A stretch of DNA of 64,000 nucleotides from Cryomorphaceae bacterium (GTDB lineage: Bacteria > Bacteroidota > Bacteroidia > Flavobacteriales_D > Crocinitomicaceae): positions 1,479 to 65,478 of the forward strand of contig JAIXUE010000038.1 in NCBI GenBank assembly GCA_027483605.1, written 5' to 3'. This document shows, piece by piece, positions 31,786 to 41,661 of the stretch; within the stretch, counting starts at the first letter, position 1; the number at the start of each line of letters is the position of its first letter. A program made the position numbers and the translations under genes. Under the pieces are notes generated by a model. That model was not told the origin of the DNA and ran no database searches. It saw only the letters and a list, made by a program, of their open reading frames with translations.

Positions 31786-33359
31786 CAGGGACTAGTTTGA
31801 AGGTGAATGTAGCCAAATTTTTCTTGCGGACCAAGTACTCCATAGGTGTACACCCCTCGATTTTGTATTGCTAATTCAAAAGCCTTCGGAATCAATAGAA
31901 TATTTTCTGTGACGCGCTCGTGGCCAATTTTACGCTGTACTTGGCCGCTTTGGATATCAATCCGCACCCAAGCGCCTACATTTTTATGCTTGGATAAGCT
32001 AAACGGGTCTACCTCCCTTAAATCATTCTTAAACTGGCCGTTTTCATCGTAATTGCTTCGGGTATCGTTGAAAATAAAGTTCAAGGAATTGCTATCGATG
32101 AAGCTGGCATACGAGCTAAATGGGCCATAGTCATTGATGCTGACCTGAATTTTTGGGATGCGTTGCTCCCAGCGCAATTGACCATTTGCATCTATACAGA
32201 AAGCCACAATATCATTGTAATGATAATAGTTAGTGGTCATTCTTTGACCAGTTTGATTGTTGTAGGTATTGTTGGTGTAGACAAAGTATTTCTCAATCGA
32301 ACCAATGTAGCTACCGTCTGGCAGTGTAAAGATCTCACGTACCTCATAGCGCGAGAGTTGAGGCTCGTCGCCTCGTCGCTCCATTCGTTTTTGCAGGCGT
32401 ATTTGCTCACTTGCTTCGTATTCACTCAGCATAATGGCCGTGCTCAAGGGTATGAAACCAACAGCCGATATTGTATCGGCGCTGAGATCAATCTGGGCAT
32501 TGAAAAAACCGTCTTGTTTGTCATCTGTTTGGCTGTTGCCATAGAGACCAAAAAGGGTCAGTTGGGTGCTGTGTTGGGCATTCATTACAAAATTTGAAAT
32601 CCGCTTGCCTTGTAAGTCAAAGGTGTAGGTCTTGATTCCACTTTGGTCAATTTGATAAACGTGTAGATTTTTAAAGGCCTTGCGCACGCGTATGCCTTGG
32701 CGCTCTATCGCAGCCATTTCAATTACACCAATGAAAAATTCGCCGTTATCGGTCAAAAAGTAGTCTTCGATGGTGCTCAAGTTGGCGTCAAACGGAAGGT
32801 TGTATTCGCCTCCACTTATCATTTTAAGGTCTTGATCGAACAGATGGTATCCATAGGTGTCAACGCCATTTCGCTTGCCAGGAACTTGGTAATAGGCGAC
32901 AAAATACGACTGATTGGGGGCTTGAATGAGATTGAATTGAGGCTGTGCATTTGGTCGGGGATCGGTATAGGCTAGTATTTCTTGTTCTTCGATTATATTG
33001 AACTCAGCATCTAAGATTTGAACGAATAGTTTCATTTCCTTGCCATTTCTATCGGCAATGAACACGGCGTGCCCCTCACCAATTCGCAAGGTTTGCTCAT
33101 AGTAGCCAAAACCCTCCGGACTGACGGGTTTGATTTTCGTGCTGGCCTCGCTATTGAGTTGCTCGTAGCGCGTAAGTTTAAAGGATCCACCAAGTTGATT
33201 ATTCGTATGGATAGTGGAGAATTGTTGGTTTTGATCAGGTAGAATACTCAGCAGCGCTCCTTTGCTGCGTTGAAGGGTGCCCCACTGCCAATTCAATTCT
33301 TGCCCATTTAAAGTTGAATGGCTACAAACGAACAGGACCAAGAGGAGGCGCCAAAGCAT
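31785..33359 (-). CDS. hypothetical secreted protein
   Basis: 524 aa with a signal peptide. TGATG junctions at both ends (purB upstream, M1 peptidase downstream). No motif recognised. Confidence 0.6.
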   Translation of the reverse strand: MLWRLLLVLFVCSHSTLNGQELNWQWGTLQRSKGALLSILPDQNQQFSTIHTNNQLGGSFKLTRYEQLNSEASTKIKPVSPEGFGYYEQTLRIGEGHAVFIADRNGKEMKLFVQILDAEFNIIEEQEILAYTDPRPNAQPQFNLIQAPNQSYFVAYYQVPGKRNGVDTYGYHLFDQDLKMISGGEYNLPFDANLSTIEDYFLTDNGEFFIGVIEMAAIERQGIRVRKAFKNLHVYQIDQSGIKTYTFDLQGKRISNFVMNAQHSTQLTLFGLYGNSQTDDKQDGFFNAQIDLSADTISAVGFIPLSTAIMLSEYEASEQIRLQKRMERRGDEPQLSRYEVREIFTLPDGSYIGSIEKYFVYTNNTYNNQTGQRMTTNYYHYNDIVAFCIDANGQLRWEQRIPKIQVSINDYGPFSSYASFIDSNSLNFIFNDTRSNYDENGQFKNDLREVDPFSLSKHKNVGAWVRIDIQSGQVQRKIGHERVTENILLIPKAFELAIQNRGVYTYGVLGPQEKFGYIHLQTSP

Positions 33360-34714
33360 CAGGGAACAAGTTGAATCCCGACATAATTGTCAGGACTGAT
33401 GAGTTTGAGTTCGGCCTTCAGCTGCTCGCTTACTGGTAACTCGTCGATAAAAGCGTGAACACTCGCTTTGGTGACGCGTTCGTTTTTTCGGGTCAGGCCT
33501 TTGAGCGCTTCGTAAGGTTTTTCAAAGCCTTCGCGGCGCAGGATGGTTTGGATTGCTTCTGCTACAACTGCCCAATTTTGTTCGAGGTCTTGAGCTAGAG
33601 CGTCTTGGTTGAGCAACAGCTTTCCAAGTCCCTTTAGTGTTGCGCCAAAAGCGATGACACTATGTGCAATTGGAACGCCCACGACACGCAACACAGTGGA
33701 GTCGGTGAGGTCGCGTTGGAGGCGAGAAACCGGTAGTTTGGCTGCTAAGTGTTCGTAAAGTGCGTTGGCAAGCCCTATATTGCCCTCTGAGTTTTCAAAA
33801 TCGATTGGGTTCACTTTGTGTGGCATGGCAGACGAACCGATTTCACCTGCTTTGATTTGCTGCTTGAAGTAGTCCATGGAGATGTAGGTCCACATATCGC
33901 GATCGAGGTCAAGGATAATGTTGTTGATGCGCTTCATGCAGTCAAAAATGGCGGCAAGTTGATCGTAGTGCTCAATTTGGGTAGTGGTTTGTGAGCGCTC
34001 TAAACCGAGGATGTCATTGACAAAATGATTGCCAAAGGCAACCCAATCAGTTTGGGGATATGCGACAAAATGCGCGTTGAAATTTCCTGTGGCTCCGCCG
34101 AACTTAGCAGGTAGTTTAAGCGCTTCTAGGGTCGTGATTTGTTTGTGAAGCCTCTCCGAGAAGACATGAATTTCCTTGCCTAAGCGAGTAGGTGAGGCAG
34201 GTTGGCCATGGGTGCGTGCGAGCATCGGGACCTCCTTCCATTCTTGGGCTAACTCGTTAAGTTTGGAAACAACTTTCATTAATTCAGGGAGATATACTGA
34301 TTCAATTCCTTCTTTTAATGAGAGTGGAATAGCGGTATTATTGATGTCTTGGGAGGTGAGGCCAAAATGGATGAATTCGAGGTAGGCTTCTAATCCAAGA
34401 CCTTGCATCTTTTCTTTGAGGAAGTATTCAACTGCCTTGACGTCGTGGTTGGTGGTTTGTTCGGTTTGTTTGATCCAGAGGGCGTCGGCTTGCGTAAAGT
34501 TGTTGTAAATAGCTCTGAGCGCAGGGTATTGTGCTTTTGGGAAAGCGGATAAATTGGAGATGCCGCTCTCAACAAGTGCAATCAGGTATTCAACCTCTAC
34601 CAAAACGCGGTAGCGGATGAGTCCGAATTCTGAAAAATAGGCTTGTAAGGCTGCGGTTTTGGATTGGTAGCGACCATCTATCGGGGAGATCGCGGTAAGG
34701 GCGTTGAATTCCAT
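33359..34714 (-). CDS. purB: adenylosuccinate lyase
   Basis: MEFNALTAISPIDGRY start and the fumarate-lyase signature GSSAMPHKVNP. Confidence 0.95.
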   Translation of the reverse strand: MEFNALTAISPIDGRYQSKTAALQAYFSEFGLIRYRVLVEVEYLIALVESGISNLSAFPKAQYPALRAIYNNFTQADALWIKQTEQTTNHDVKAVEYFLKEKMQGLGLEAYLEFIHFGLTSQDINNTAIPLSLKEGIESVYLPELMKVVSKLNELAQEWKEVPMLARTHGQPASPTRLGKEIHVFSERLHKQITTLEALKLPAKFGGATGNFNAHFVAYPQTDWVAFGNHFVNDILGLERSQTTTQIEHYDQLAAIFDCMKRINNIILDLDRDMWTYISMDYFKQQIKAGEIGSSAMPHKVNPIDFENSEGNIGLANALYEHLAAKLPVSRLQRDLTDSTVLRVVGVPIAHSVIAFGATLKGLGKLLLNQDALAQDLEQNWAVVAEAIQTILRREGFEKPYEALKGLTRKNERVTKASVHAFIDELPVSEQLKAELKLISPDNYVGIQLVP

Positions 34715-34791
34715 GTTGTATCTAAAGCACAAAGATACAACAAGCGCAAAAAATAGAAAAACCTAAAAGCGATTTATCGTAATTTTACAAC

Positions 34792-35808
34792 ATGCAAGTA
34801 TCTGAGCGTTTTTTGAAGTTCCAATGGGTTGTCTTGATCCTCATTTTTTTGGTGGTTTTTGCCGGAAGTTTTGTGCGCATGTCGGGCAGCGGTATGGGTT
34901 GCCCTGACTGGCCAAAGTGTTTTGGAAAATGGGTGCCACCAACTGAGCTTACAGAACTCCCGGCCAACTACCGAGAGGCTTACTTGCTCAAGCGTCAGAA
35001 AAAGGTTGAAAAGTTTTGTGCTTTGTTACAAAAAGTAGGTTTAGACCAAACGGCCGAAAAAATCAAAAATGACCCCAGCGTATACGTCGAAGAAGCCTTC
35101 AATGCCCGCAAAACCTGGATTGAATACATCAATAGGCTTGCTGGTTTCTTGGCAGGAAACACCATGCTGTTCAGTTTTGGTTGGCTCTTGCTGTTTTATC
35201 GCAAAAGAAAATGGCTCTTACTCACAGGTTTCAACCTGATCTTGATGGGTATAGAAGCCTGGTTTGGCTCCATTGTTGTGGCCACCAACCTCGTTCCCTG
35301 GACCATTACCATTCACCTCTTTTTTGCTTTAGTCATAATTGGCCTGCAACTCTTTTTTATCCATGAACTAACCAATAAAAAGCGTCCAGATTTGCCAAAA
35401 CAAAAGTCTTTTCGCCTGCTGAGCTGGCTTATTTTATTGATCACTTTTTATCAAATGTTCCTTGGTACCCAAGTAAGAGAAGCAATTGATACGCTAGTCA
35501 AAAAAGGCTATACTAGGGCCGAGTGGATAGAGCAATTGGGCCTGCCGTTTTTTATCCACCGCAGTTTCAGTTGGTTGGTCTTGATTTTATTAGTCTATCT
35601 TTTCTGGCAAAACCGCCAAAAATGGCATTATTCCCGTATCAATGTGGCTTTTTATTTACTCGCCGCGGAGTTGTGCACAGGTGTAGCGCTCGCCTACGCC
35701 GACATGCCGGGCCTTGTTCAGACCGCTCACTTGGTTTTTGCAACAATCTTACTTTCTGTACTTCTTTTGATGCGTTTCGATTACGCACAAGAGAAGAAAA
35801 ACGCATAA
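34792..35808 (+). CDS. ctaA: COX15/CtaA family heme A synthase
   Basis: Multi-TM protein with the SGSGMGCPDWPKCFG motif. Confidence 0.85.
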   Translation: MQVSERFLKFQWVVLILIFLVVFAGSFVRMSGSGMGCPDWPKCFGKWVPPTELTELPANYREAYLLKRQKKVEKFCALLQKVGLDQTAEKIKNDPSVYVEEAFNARKTWIEYINRLAGFLAGNTMLFSFGWLLLFYRKRKWLLLTGFNLILMGIEAWFGSIVVATNLVPWTITIHLFFALVIIGLQLFFIHELTNKKRPDLPKQKSFRLLSWLILLITFYQMFLGTQVREAIDTLVKKGYTRAEWIEQLGLPFFIHRSFSWLVLILLVYLFWQNRQKWHYSRINVAFYLLAAELCTGVALAYADMPGLVQTAHLVFATILLSVLLLMRFDYAQEKKNA

Positions 35809-35858
35809 TACCACCCCGTTTTTTGGCACAGAAGCGTTAGCTTGCAGATTCATTACCT

Positions 35859-36389
35859 ATGAACTTCGATGCACCTGCCATTCAACGTCTCAAAGCAAAC
35901 GACCCCAAAGCCGTTGAAGCTTGGTATCTCCATACTTTTCCAGCTTTACTGCAGCAAGCGGCGCGTTTTTTTAGCCAACGCAGTGAACAACTCACGGCTG
36001 TTCACAACGCGCAACTCAAAGCTTTACAAAATTTAGCCCAGTTTAAACCCAATACCTCAATGGAAGCTTGGTTGGCGGTCATCCTAAGAAATGAATTGAT
36101 TGACACCTACAGACGCAAGCAACGTTGGCGTATATTGTCTTTTGAAAACCGTTTTGAAAGTACCTATGAGCCGGATTTCGATCAACAATTAGACGCGTCA
36201 CTTGAATTGGAACGCGCAGAAGCTTTATTGGCACATTTACCCCAAAAAACACGTTTTGTTTTTAGTTTATACGCTTTTGAAGAATTAAAGCCCAGAGAAA
36301 TTGCTCAAGAGCTTTCTATGCAGATTCAGACTGTTCGCTGGCATTTGAAATCGGCCAAACAAACCCTAAAAAAACACCTCGAGTCATGA
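35859..36389 (+). CDS. RNA polymerase ECF-type sigma-70 factor
   Basis: 176 aa. Region 2 (EAWLAVILRNELIDTYRRK) and region 4 HTH (PREIAQELSMQIQTVRWHLKSAK). Confidence 0.8.
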   Translation: MNFDAPAIQRLKANDPKAVEAWYLHTFPALLQQAARFFSQRSEQLTAVHNAQLKALQNLAQFKPNTSMEAWLAVILRNELIDTYRRKQRWRILSFENRFESTYEPDFDQQLDASLELERAEALLAHLPQKTRFVFSLYAFEELKPREIAQELSMQIQTVRWHLKSAKQTLKKHLES

Positions 36390-37624
36390 AAGATACCCGA
36401 CTAATGGCCGAGCAAACTTGGCCGCTTTTTGAACGCAAATGGCGCCGAAAGCAGTTTTGGAAGCGCTGGAAAAGTAAAGTGATTTTTGCTGGTTCCCTTT
36501 TGCTTGTCATCATTTTAGCTTTTTTATATCGTGCCTATTCATTCCATCAAAAAGGAATAAAAGAGCATTTAATACAACCCCAAAAAGAGCAAATTTTGAA
36601 ACCCAAAATACAAGATGAGCTTCAAGGTAAAACGCAAATAAAAATAGGATCCTCGTTTGCAACAGATGTGATGGATTCGCTCTCCTCTCCATTTGAACCC
36701 ATATTCTTTAAATTGAATTCAAAATTTCAAATGCCGATTCTTTCGAAACGGCAAGGATCTATCCAAAAGAATGCTGATTTACAACTGGCCTTTGCGTCCC
36801 TCAATTTGCAGCCGCAAAGTTGGTCGCTGCAAAGCAACGAACATTCGCTCAGTGCTTTACTAGACAAAAATACCTTGCTGATCATGAATTTGATGTACGG
36901 AACCGAAACCTTACCTGCCTTTCCGTCAGACTTCGGCACGGAGGCTTGGTACCGACCTGATTTTTTTCCTGCAGACCAGTTTATACATGTCGCGTTCTAC
37001 GACGTCGCTAACTGGATCCAAGATCCTTTAAGTGCGAAGCTAAGCGTGAATCGGGTGAGTAATCAAATACCTATTGCGCCATGGCGTACATCAAGTAATC
37101 CAAGCCATTCATCAGCGGAGAATTTGCTGCAATTTACCGCTTTTGTCCGCGAGAACCCGAATGTTTTGATGTACAGACGCCTCGATCCGTTAAATGAGAG
37201 CAATGTGCGCAGGCAGTACAGTAAAAATTTATTTATTGCGGACCGACCGGCTGAATCCTTTAATCCGCTTTTATATCATCATTCCGATACCTTAATCGTT
37301 GTGAGTGCTCAGGCGCAGCGCATTACCCAACTTTCAATGTATGGCGTTCTTTTCGGATCAAAGGAAATCACATTTAGGAGCAAAGGATTACACAGCTTAA
37401 AGCGACTTGAGCCGATGCTAGATCCCGTTGATAATGTGCTTTACGTGCTTGCGCCAACGAATTTTCATTTCGTCTTTTTTAAGGTAGACTTGCAAACTGG
37501 GGAGGCTCATCAAGTTTTCCAGACAAAAAGCGTCTGGCAAGGGGCGGAATTTGAAATAAGAGGTGGGCAACTTTTGTATCTGTATAAGGGCGATTTACAA
37601 AAAGTTGAACTCAACGACAATTAA
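36386..37624 (+). CDS. sigma-coupled single-pass membrane protein, unknown extracytoplasmic domain
   Basis: ATGA overlap with the sigma gene. About 30-aa basic cytoplasmic head, TM (VIFAGSLLLVIILAFLY), then a ~360-aa domain I do not recognise. Confidence 0.55.
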   Translation: MKDTRLMAEQTWPLFERKWRRKQFWKRWKSKVIFAGSLLLVIILAFLYRAYSFHQKGIKEHLIQPQKEQILKPKIQDELQGKTQIKIGSSFATDVMDSLSSPFEPIFFKLNSKFQMPILSKRQGSIQKNADLQLAFASLNLQPQSWSLQSNEHSLSALLDKNTLLIMNLMYGTETLPAFPSDFGTEAWYRPDFFPADQFIHVAFYDVANWIQDPLSAKLSVNRVSNQIPIAPWRTSSNPSHSSAENLLQFTAFVRENPNVLMYRRLDPLNESNVRRQYSKNLFIADRPAESFNPLLYHHSDTLIVVSAQAQRITQLSMYGVLFGSKEITFRSKGLHSLKRLEPMLDPVDNVLYVLAPTNFHFVFFKVDLQTGEAHQVFQTKSVWQGAEFEIRGGQLLYLYKGDLQKVELNDN

Positions 37625-38808
37625 CGCCAAAATTGTCGCACCGAGGCGCGTAGCGCTGCAAAATAGAGTCCAGAAGGTAATTGCTCGAGCGGAATAACTT
37701 CTTTGGTTTTTGACAAGTGCAAGACCATCAGGTTTCGGCCTTGGATGTCTAGTATGTGAAGTTCTTCTCCAATGAGCCCAGGGCTACATTCAATATGCAA
37801 GGCGGCATCTTGAAGGTTGATTGCTACCTCAAACATTTCATGTTCTGTGATTTGCGCTTCAGGGTTGTACGCAATTCTCCAAGTTTCATTGAGTCTGTCA
37901 TTGGCCGTTATTCCGGTGCTCAAATGAAAATACCCATTGCCCGCAAAAGACATACATCCTTTTCTGGCACTGCCCGAGAATGGTAACAGTTGTTCGATTT
38001 GAAAAGTATTTAAATTGATCTTTTCCAAGCTACTCAGCACATTGTCATTGACATCGACGCCTCCAAAAACAAATAACAAAGAATCGGTTTGGGCACTACC
38101 AAGATACATGCGGCTGCCGAAATCGAGTTGAAGCGAAAAATTGCTCCAAAGGTCGTTTTGTGGATCATAGCGCCAAGTATCGGAATTCCATCCAGTTTGT
38201 CCCGCATCATTGGTGCGCCCGCCCGCCACAAAACCATAGGATTGATTGGCAAAGCCCATGCCGCGCCAAATGCCGGCAAAGGGGAGGTTGCCGAGTTGTT
38301 CCCATTGATTGCTATTCAAGTGAAAGCACCAGACTTCATTGAGTATGCCCGTTTCATTGCGCCCACCCACCCAATACAAATCAGGGCCAATCAGAAAATG
38401 CTGCGCCCCAGCACGGCCCGTACCGGGAAAATCTGGCATGGGTTCCCAAGTATCGGTAAGCGGCGCATAGCGCCAAAAAGTTTTGAAATAGTATCCGTTG
38501 CAGTTTTCACCACCTAATATGTAGCCTTTCTCTTGGTAGCTAAAGGCGCTGGCATATTGTCGTTCTTGCCAAACGGGTAGAGAGGCAGCTGTATTCCAGG
38601 TACTGTTGAGCGCGTCGTAAACAAAGAAGTCTCCGGTACAAGCAAAATTACTGCCGCGTCCGGTGCCACAAAAATGGAGATTTCCGATGCTGAATTGGGT
38701 GCCGTCGTCGCGGGAAATCCCTGGGAACGCTGCTTGCTGCTGCCAAAATTGGCCCTTGGCTTCAGAAGTCAGCAAGAGCAAAATCAAAAGTAAAACCCGC
38801 ATTTGCAC
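37621..38808 (-). CDS. Kelch-repeat beta-propeller protein with T9SS type-A C-terminal sorting domain
   Basis: Signal peptide and repeated GG..-W/Y Kelch-like blades. C-terminus reads LHILDIQGRNLMVLHL...LPSGLYFAAL. Confidence 0.7.
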   Translation of the reverse strand: MQMRVLLLILLLLTSEAKGQFWQQQAAFPGISRDDGTQFSIGNLHFCGTGRGSNFACTGDFFVYDALNSTWNTAASLPVWQERQYASAFSYQEKGYILGGENCNGYYFKTFWRYAPLTDTWEPMPDFPGTGRAGAQHFLIGPDLYWVGGRNETGILNEVWCFHLNSNQWEQLGNLPFAGIWRGMGFANQSYGFVAGGRTNDAGQTGWNSDTWRYDPQNDLWSNFSLQLDFGSRMYLGSAQTDSLLFVFGGVDVNDNVLSSLEKINLNTFQIEQLLPFSGSARKGCMSFAGNGYFHLSTGITANDRLNETWRIAYNPEAQITEHEMFEVAINLQDAALHIECSPGLIGEELHILDIQGRNLMVLHLSKTKEVIPLEQLPSGLYFAALRASVRQFWR

Positions 38809-38836
38809 TTAACGCAATAAATTTGTTTTTAGTATC

Positions 38837-39742
38837 CTAAAATGATGGCGTGCCTGTGAATTGATGCGCAGAGGGCTTGTGCATGAGCTGCCATTTGTAG
38901 TTGAGTTGCACGCCATAGCGCAAAATAGAATTGTCCAATAAACTTGGTTGATTCAAGCTGAAACTAAGCATGACTTGATGAGCGTCAGCAATTTGCTGAC
39001 CATAACCCAAACTAAGTTGATTGACACTCAAGCCCAATAAATAGGATTGTGTTTTTCTTTTATATATCATGGAGGCATTGAAGTAATGAAATCCTTGGGA
39101 GTTCTCATAAAAAAGTGAGGCATCAATACTTTGGAGGCTGTCGAGTTGAAATGATTTTTGAAGGCCTACATGATATCTTGCAAAGTTGGTGAGATACACA
39201 GGCTCTAAACCACCTGTTGTGATATATTCTTTTGACGAATAAATTGAATTGACGCCACTAAACAATTGCCAATTTTTGTACATCAGTTGAAAGCCGAGAT
39301 CTAGATCTGCCAATTGGTATTTTTCTGTAAGGAACTCAATGACCGGAGATCCTAGGCGATAATGATTGTAATTGAGTCCAATTGCAGGTCTGATACTCCA
39401 ATTTCGGCTCAGTGCGATGTCTTTGGCTATGGTTATCCCTAATTTGCTACTGTTTTGAATATTCCATAAGCGCGTATGACTTGTATTTAAGCCTAGTTTC
39501 CAAGATCCAATGGATTGCTGAAAACGCAAATAATTTTGAAAATCATTGATCACCAGTTTATTCCAGCCAAAATAGGCCGTATTGAAATTTAAAGAACTTG
39601 CTTGATACCCCTCTCCATGGATTTTTGCATCCATATGGTAGGCTGGATTAGTGAATTCGAGTTGGTCAGCAGCATTACTGAACTGTCCCCAGCTTAAAAA
39701 GGGAAATAAACTAAGCAGCGCGATAATGATTTGGGTTTTCAT
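38837..39742 (-). CDS. PorP/SprF-like T9SS-associated outer-membrane protein
   Basis: 301 aa with a signal peptide. QFSNAADQLEFTNPAY has the same spacing as the PorP/SprF N-terminal QFSQYMFNQLVINPAY motif. Beta-rich, with a terminal F. Confidence 0.55.
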   Translation of the reverse strand: MKTQIIIALLSLFPFLSWGQFSNAADQLEFTNPAYHMDAKIHGEGYQASSLNFNTAYFGWNKLVINDFQNYLRFQQSIGSWKLGLNTSHTRLWNIQNSSKLGITIAKDIALSRNWSIRPAIGLNYNHYRLGSPVIEFLTEKYQLADLDLGFQLMYKNWQLFSGVNSIYSSKEYITTGGLEPVYLTNFARYHVGLQKSFQLDSLQSIDASLFYENSQGFHYFNASMIYKRKTQSYLLGLSVNQLSLGYGQQIADAHQVMLSFSLNQPSLLDNSILRYGVQLNYKWQLMHKPSAHQFTGTPSF

Positions 39743-39863
39743 AGGTTTGGTTTTAACTGGAATGAATAAATCTTGCCTAGTTGAGACAATTTATCTCCGA
39801 TAAAAGTTACACTACTCCTTCGCACAACTTTTTACGTTACCTTAGGTTGTGCATAATGCGTCT

Positions 39864-40427
39864 ATGAACTTAGAACCTGACAAACAACTCCTTTTGGCCG
39901 CTCAAGCGGGCGAACGCAGAGCCCAGCTGGCACTGTATCAGTTGTGCTATCCGGTTTTGATCTCATCTGCACGCCGCTATTACCACAACACCGACGAACA
40001 AATGACGGTCGTCAATAATGCCTATGTCAAAGTTATTCTACATCTAGAGTCCTACCAGACAGGGCGCTTTTTAAGTTGGGTCAAGCGCATCATTTCCAAT
40101 GAAATCATCGACGAATACCGCCGCAACAAACGTTACAACGAGCTCTATCGCTTTGATGCAGCTGTAGAAGAACGCGGTGCTCCCGACTTTCAGACCGATG
40201 CCGTTTTTACCAATGATCAACTCCAAAACCTTCTCTTGCAATTAAGCGAACCGGCCAGGTTGGTATTCAACCTTTTTGCTATAGAAGGCTACAGCCATAA
40301 AGAAATCGCGCAGCAATTGGGCGTCACCGAAGAAACCTCTAAGTGGCACACCAAAATGGCGCGCAAGAAATTACGTGAATTAATTGAACTCACCCATGAA
40401 AAATCAAGTCAAAGATCCGTTGGATAA
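39864..40427 (+). CDS. RNA polymerase ECF-type sigma-70 factor
   Basis: Region 2 (FLSWVKRIISNEIIDEYRRNK) and region 4 HTH (SHKEIAQQLGVTEETSKWHTKMAR). First ATG at 39864. The track ORF uses GTG at 39849. Confidence 0.85.
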   Translation: MNLEPDKQLLLAAQAGERRAQLALYQLCYPVLISSARRYYHNTDEQMTVVNNAYVKVILHLESYQTGRFLSWVKRIISNEIIDEYRRNKRYNELYRFDAAVEERGAPDFQTDAVFTNDQLQNLLLQLSEPARLVFNLFAIEGYSHKEIAQQLGVTEETSKWHTKMARKKLRELIELTHEKSSQRSVG

Positions 40428-41592
40428 ACTTTTTTCAGGTCTCAATAACTTTGGGCCCGAAAGCCCAAGTCCGGCTTTTGTACAAGACCTTGAAGCGCGC
40501 CTCGACGCGCTAGAAAAAAAACGCCGCAAGCCACTTTTTGCGTGGTGGATTTTCTCTGCACTCGGGGCTGTCATTATCGTAGGTACTTATTTTTTGTTGG
40601 TTCCCACACAAGCCAAAACTAAGGTTCCGAATAAATTGGCAGCGCTTGCTCAATCAACTCCTTTGCCTGCCGCAAAATCAAAATCCACATCATCATTGTC
40701 AAAAAGGAATGCTTCCTCATCAATAGCATCAACAAAATCCTCAGCTTCAACAAGCAACATTTCATCAAATAAATCCTCATCTTCAACTTCATTCACTACT
40801 TCTACATCAAGAACTTTTTCACCTCCTGCTACAAAGGTCGCAGCTGCTCCATCTCAACTCAGTGACTTGCAAGAAACGTATGTCATCAACCCAATTTTGC
40901 TTTCGGATGGTCACATCAAAGACAGTATCTCGACGCTCCATTATGAAATGCCCGAACTACCCATACAGGCAAGTTCATCCAAAAAACGTGTTCAACATCA
41001 ATTTGGCGTTCAGTTTGGGGTAAGTGGTATTTTCTCAAGTTTTGAGGTGCCTACAAGTAATCCGCTATACACCGCAACTGAACTGAAGCAATTCAGGACT
41101 GAACGTGAAATTGGTGAGCGCCAAACCAGTAGTTGGGATTTCAACTTGCGTTATGGGCTGAGTTTTGACCGCTGGCAAGTGCAAACAGGCCTGCAGTATT
41201 TTGAATGGGGTGAGCAACTGCAGTATGAGGTCATTTCTGTGAGTGGAACCAATCGTTATCGGTATTTGAATGTACCCGTACTCTTGGGCTATACTTTTGA
41301 TTTTGGCAAGGTACAGTTGGTTCCTTTTGCTGGCGCTGCGTTAGGCAAAGGGCTCTCCACAAAAGGTACTTATATTCAGCCGCAAATCAATGGTGTGACA
41401 CTTGCAAATGCCAAGCAAATTGCAGGTACATTTATGGCGCAGGTGGAGCTTCAATACCACCTGACACCTCAACTTGTTGTCATGTGTACGCCAGTGTATC
41501 GCCGTACTTTGGGTGCGCTTGTCGATAACGGGCTGGTTATCAATCGTTATCAGTCGTTGGGCTTGTTGACAGGTTTTATGTACAAATTTTAA
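40396..41592 (+). CDS. sigma-coupled membrane protein: cytoplasmic head, TM, Ser/Thr-rich linker, C-terminal OM beta-barrel-like domain
   Basis: Overlaps the sigma gene by 32 nt. TM segment LFAWWIFSALGAVIIVGTYFLLV. Low-complexity Ser-rich stretch at ~40674-40824. Alternating beta-strand pattern ending GLLTGFMYKF, an OMP-type beta-signal. Confidence 0.6.
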   Translation: MKNQVKDPLDKLFSGLNNFGPESPSPAFVQDLEARLDALEKKRRKPLFAWWIFSALGAVIIVGTYFLLVPTQAKTKVPNKLAALAQSTPLPAAKSKSTSSLSKRNASSSIASTKSSASTSNISSNKSSSSTSFTTSTSRTFSPPATKVAAAPSQLSDLQETYVINPILLSDGHIKDSISTLHYEMPELPIQASSSKKRVQHQFGVQFGVSGIFSSFEVPTSNPLYTATELKQFRTEREIGERQTSSWDFNLRYGLSFDRWQVQTGLQYFEWGEQLQYEVISVSGTNRYRYLNVPVLLGYTFDFGKVQLVPFAGAALGKGLSTKGTYIQPQINGVTLANAKQIAGTFMAQVELQYHLTPQLVVMCTPVYRRTLGALVDNGLVINRYQSLGLLTGFMYKF

Positions 41593-41661
41593 AGCATCTT
41601 AGTGTATAAATTACACTAAGTCAAATAAATTGCTACATTTACGCCATAAACCGACGTAACT

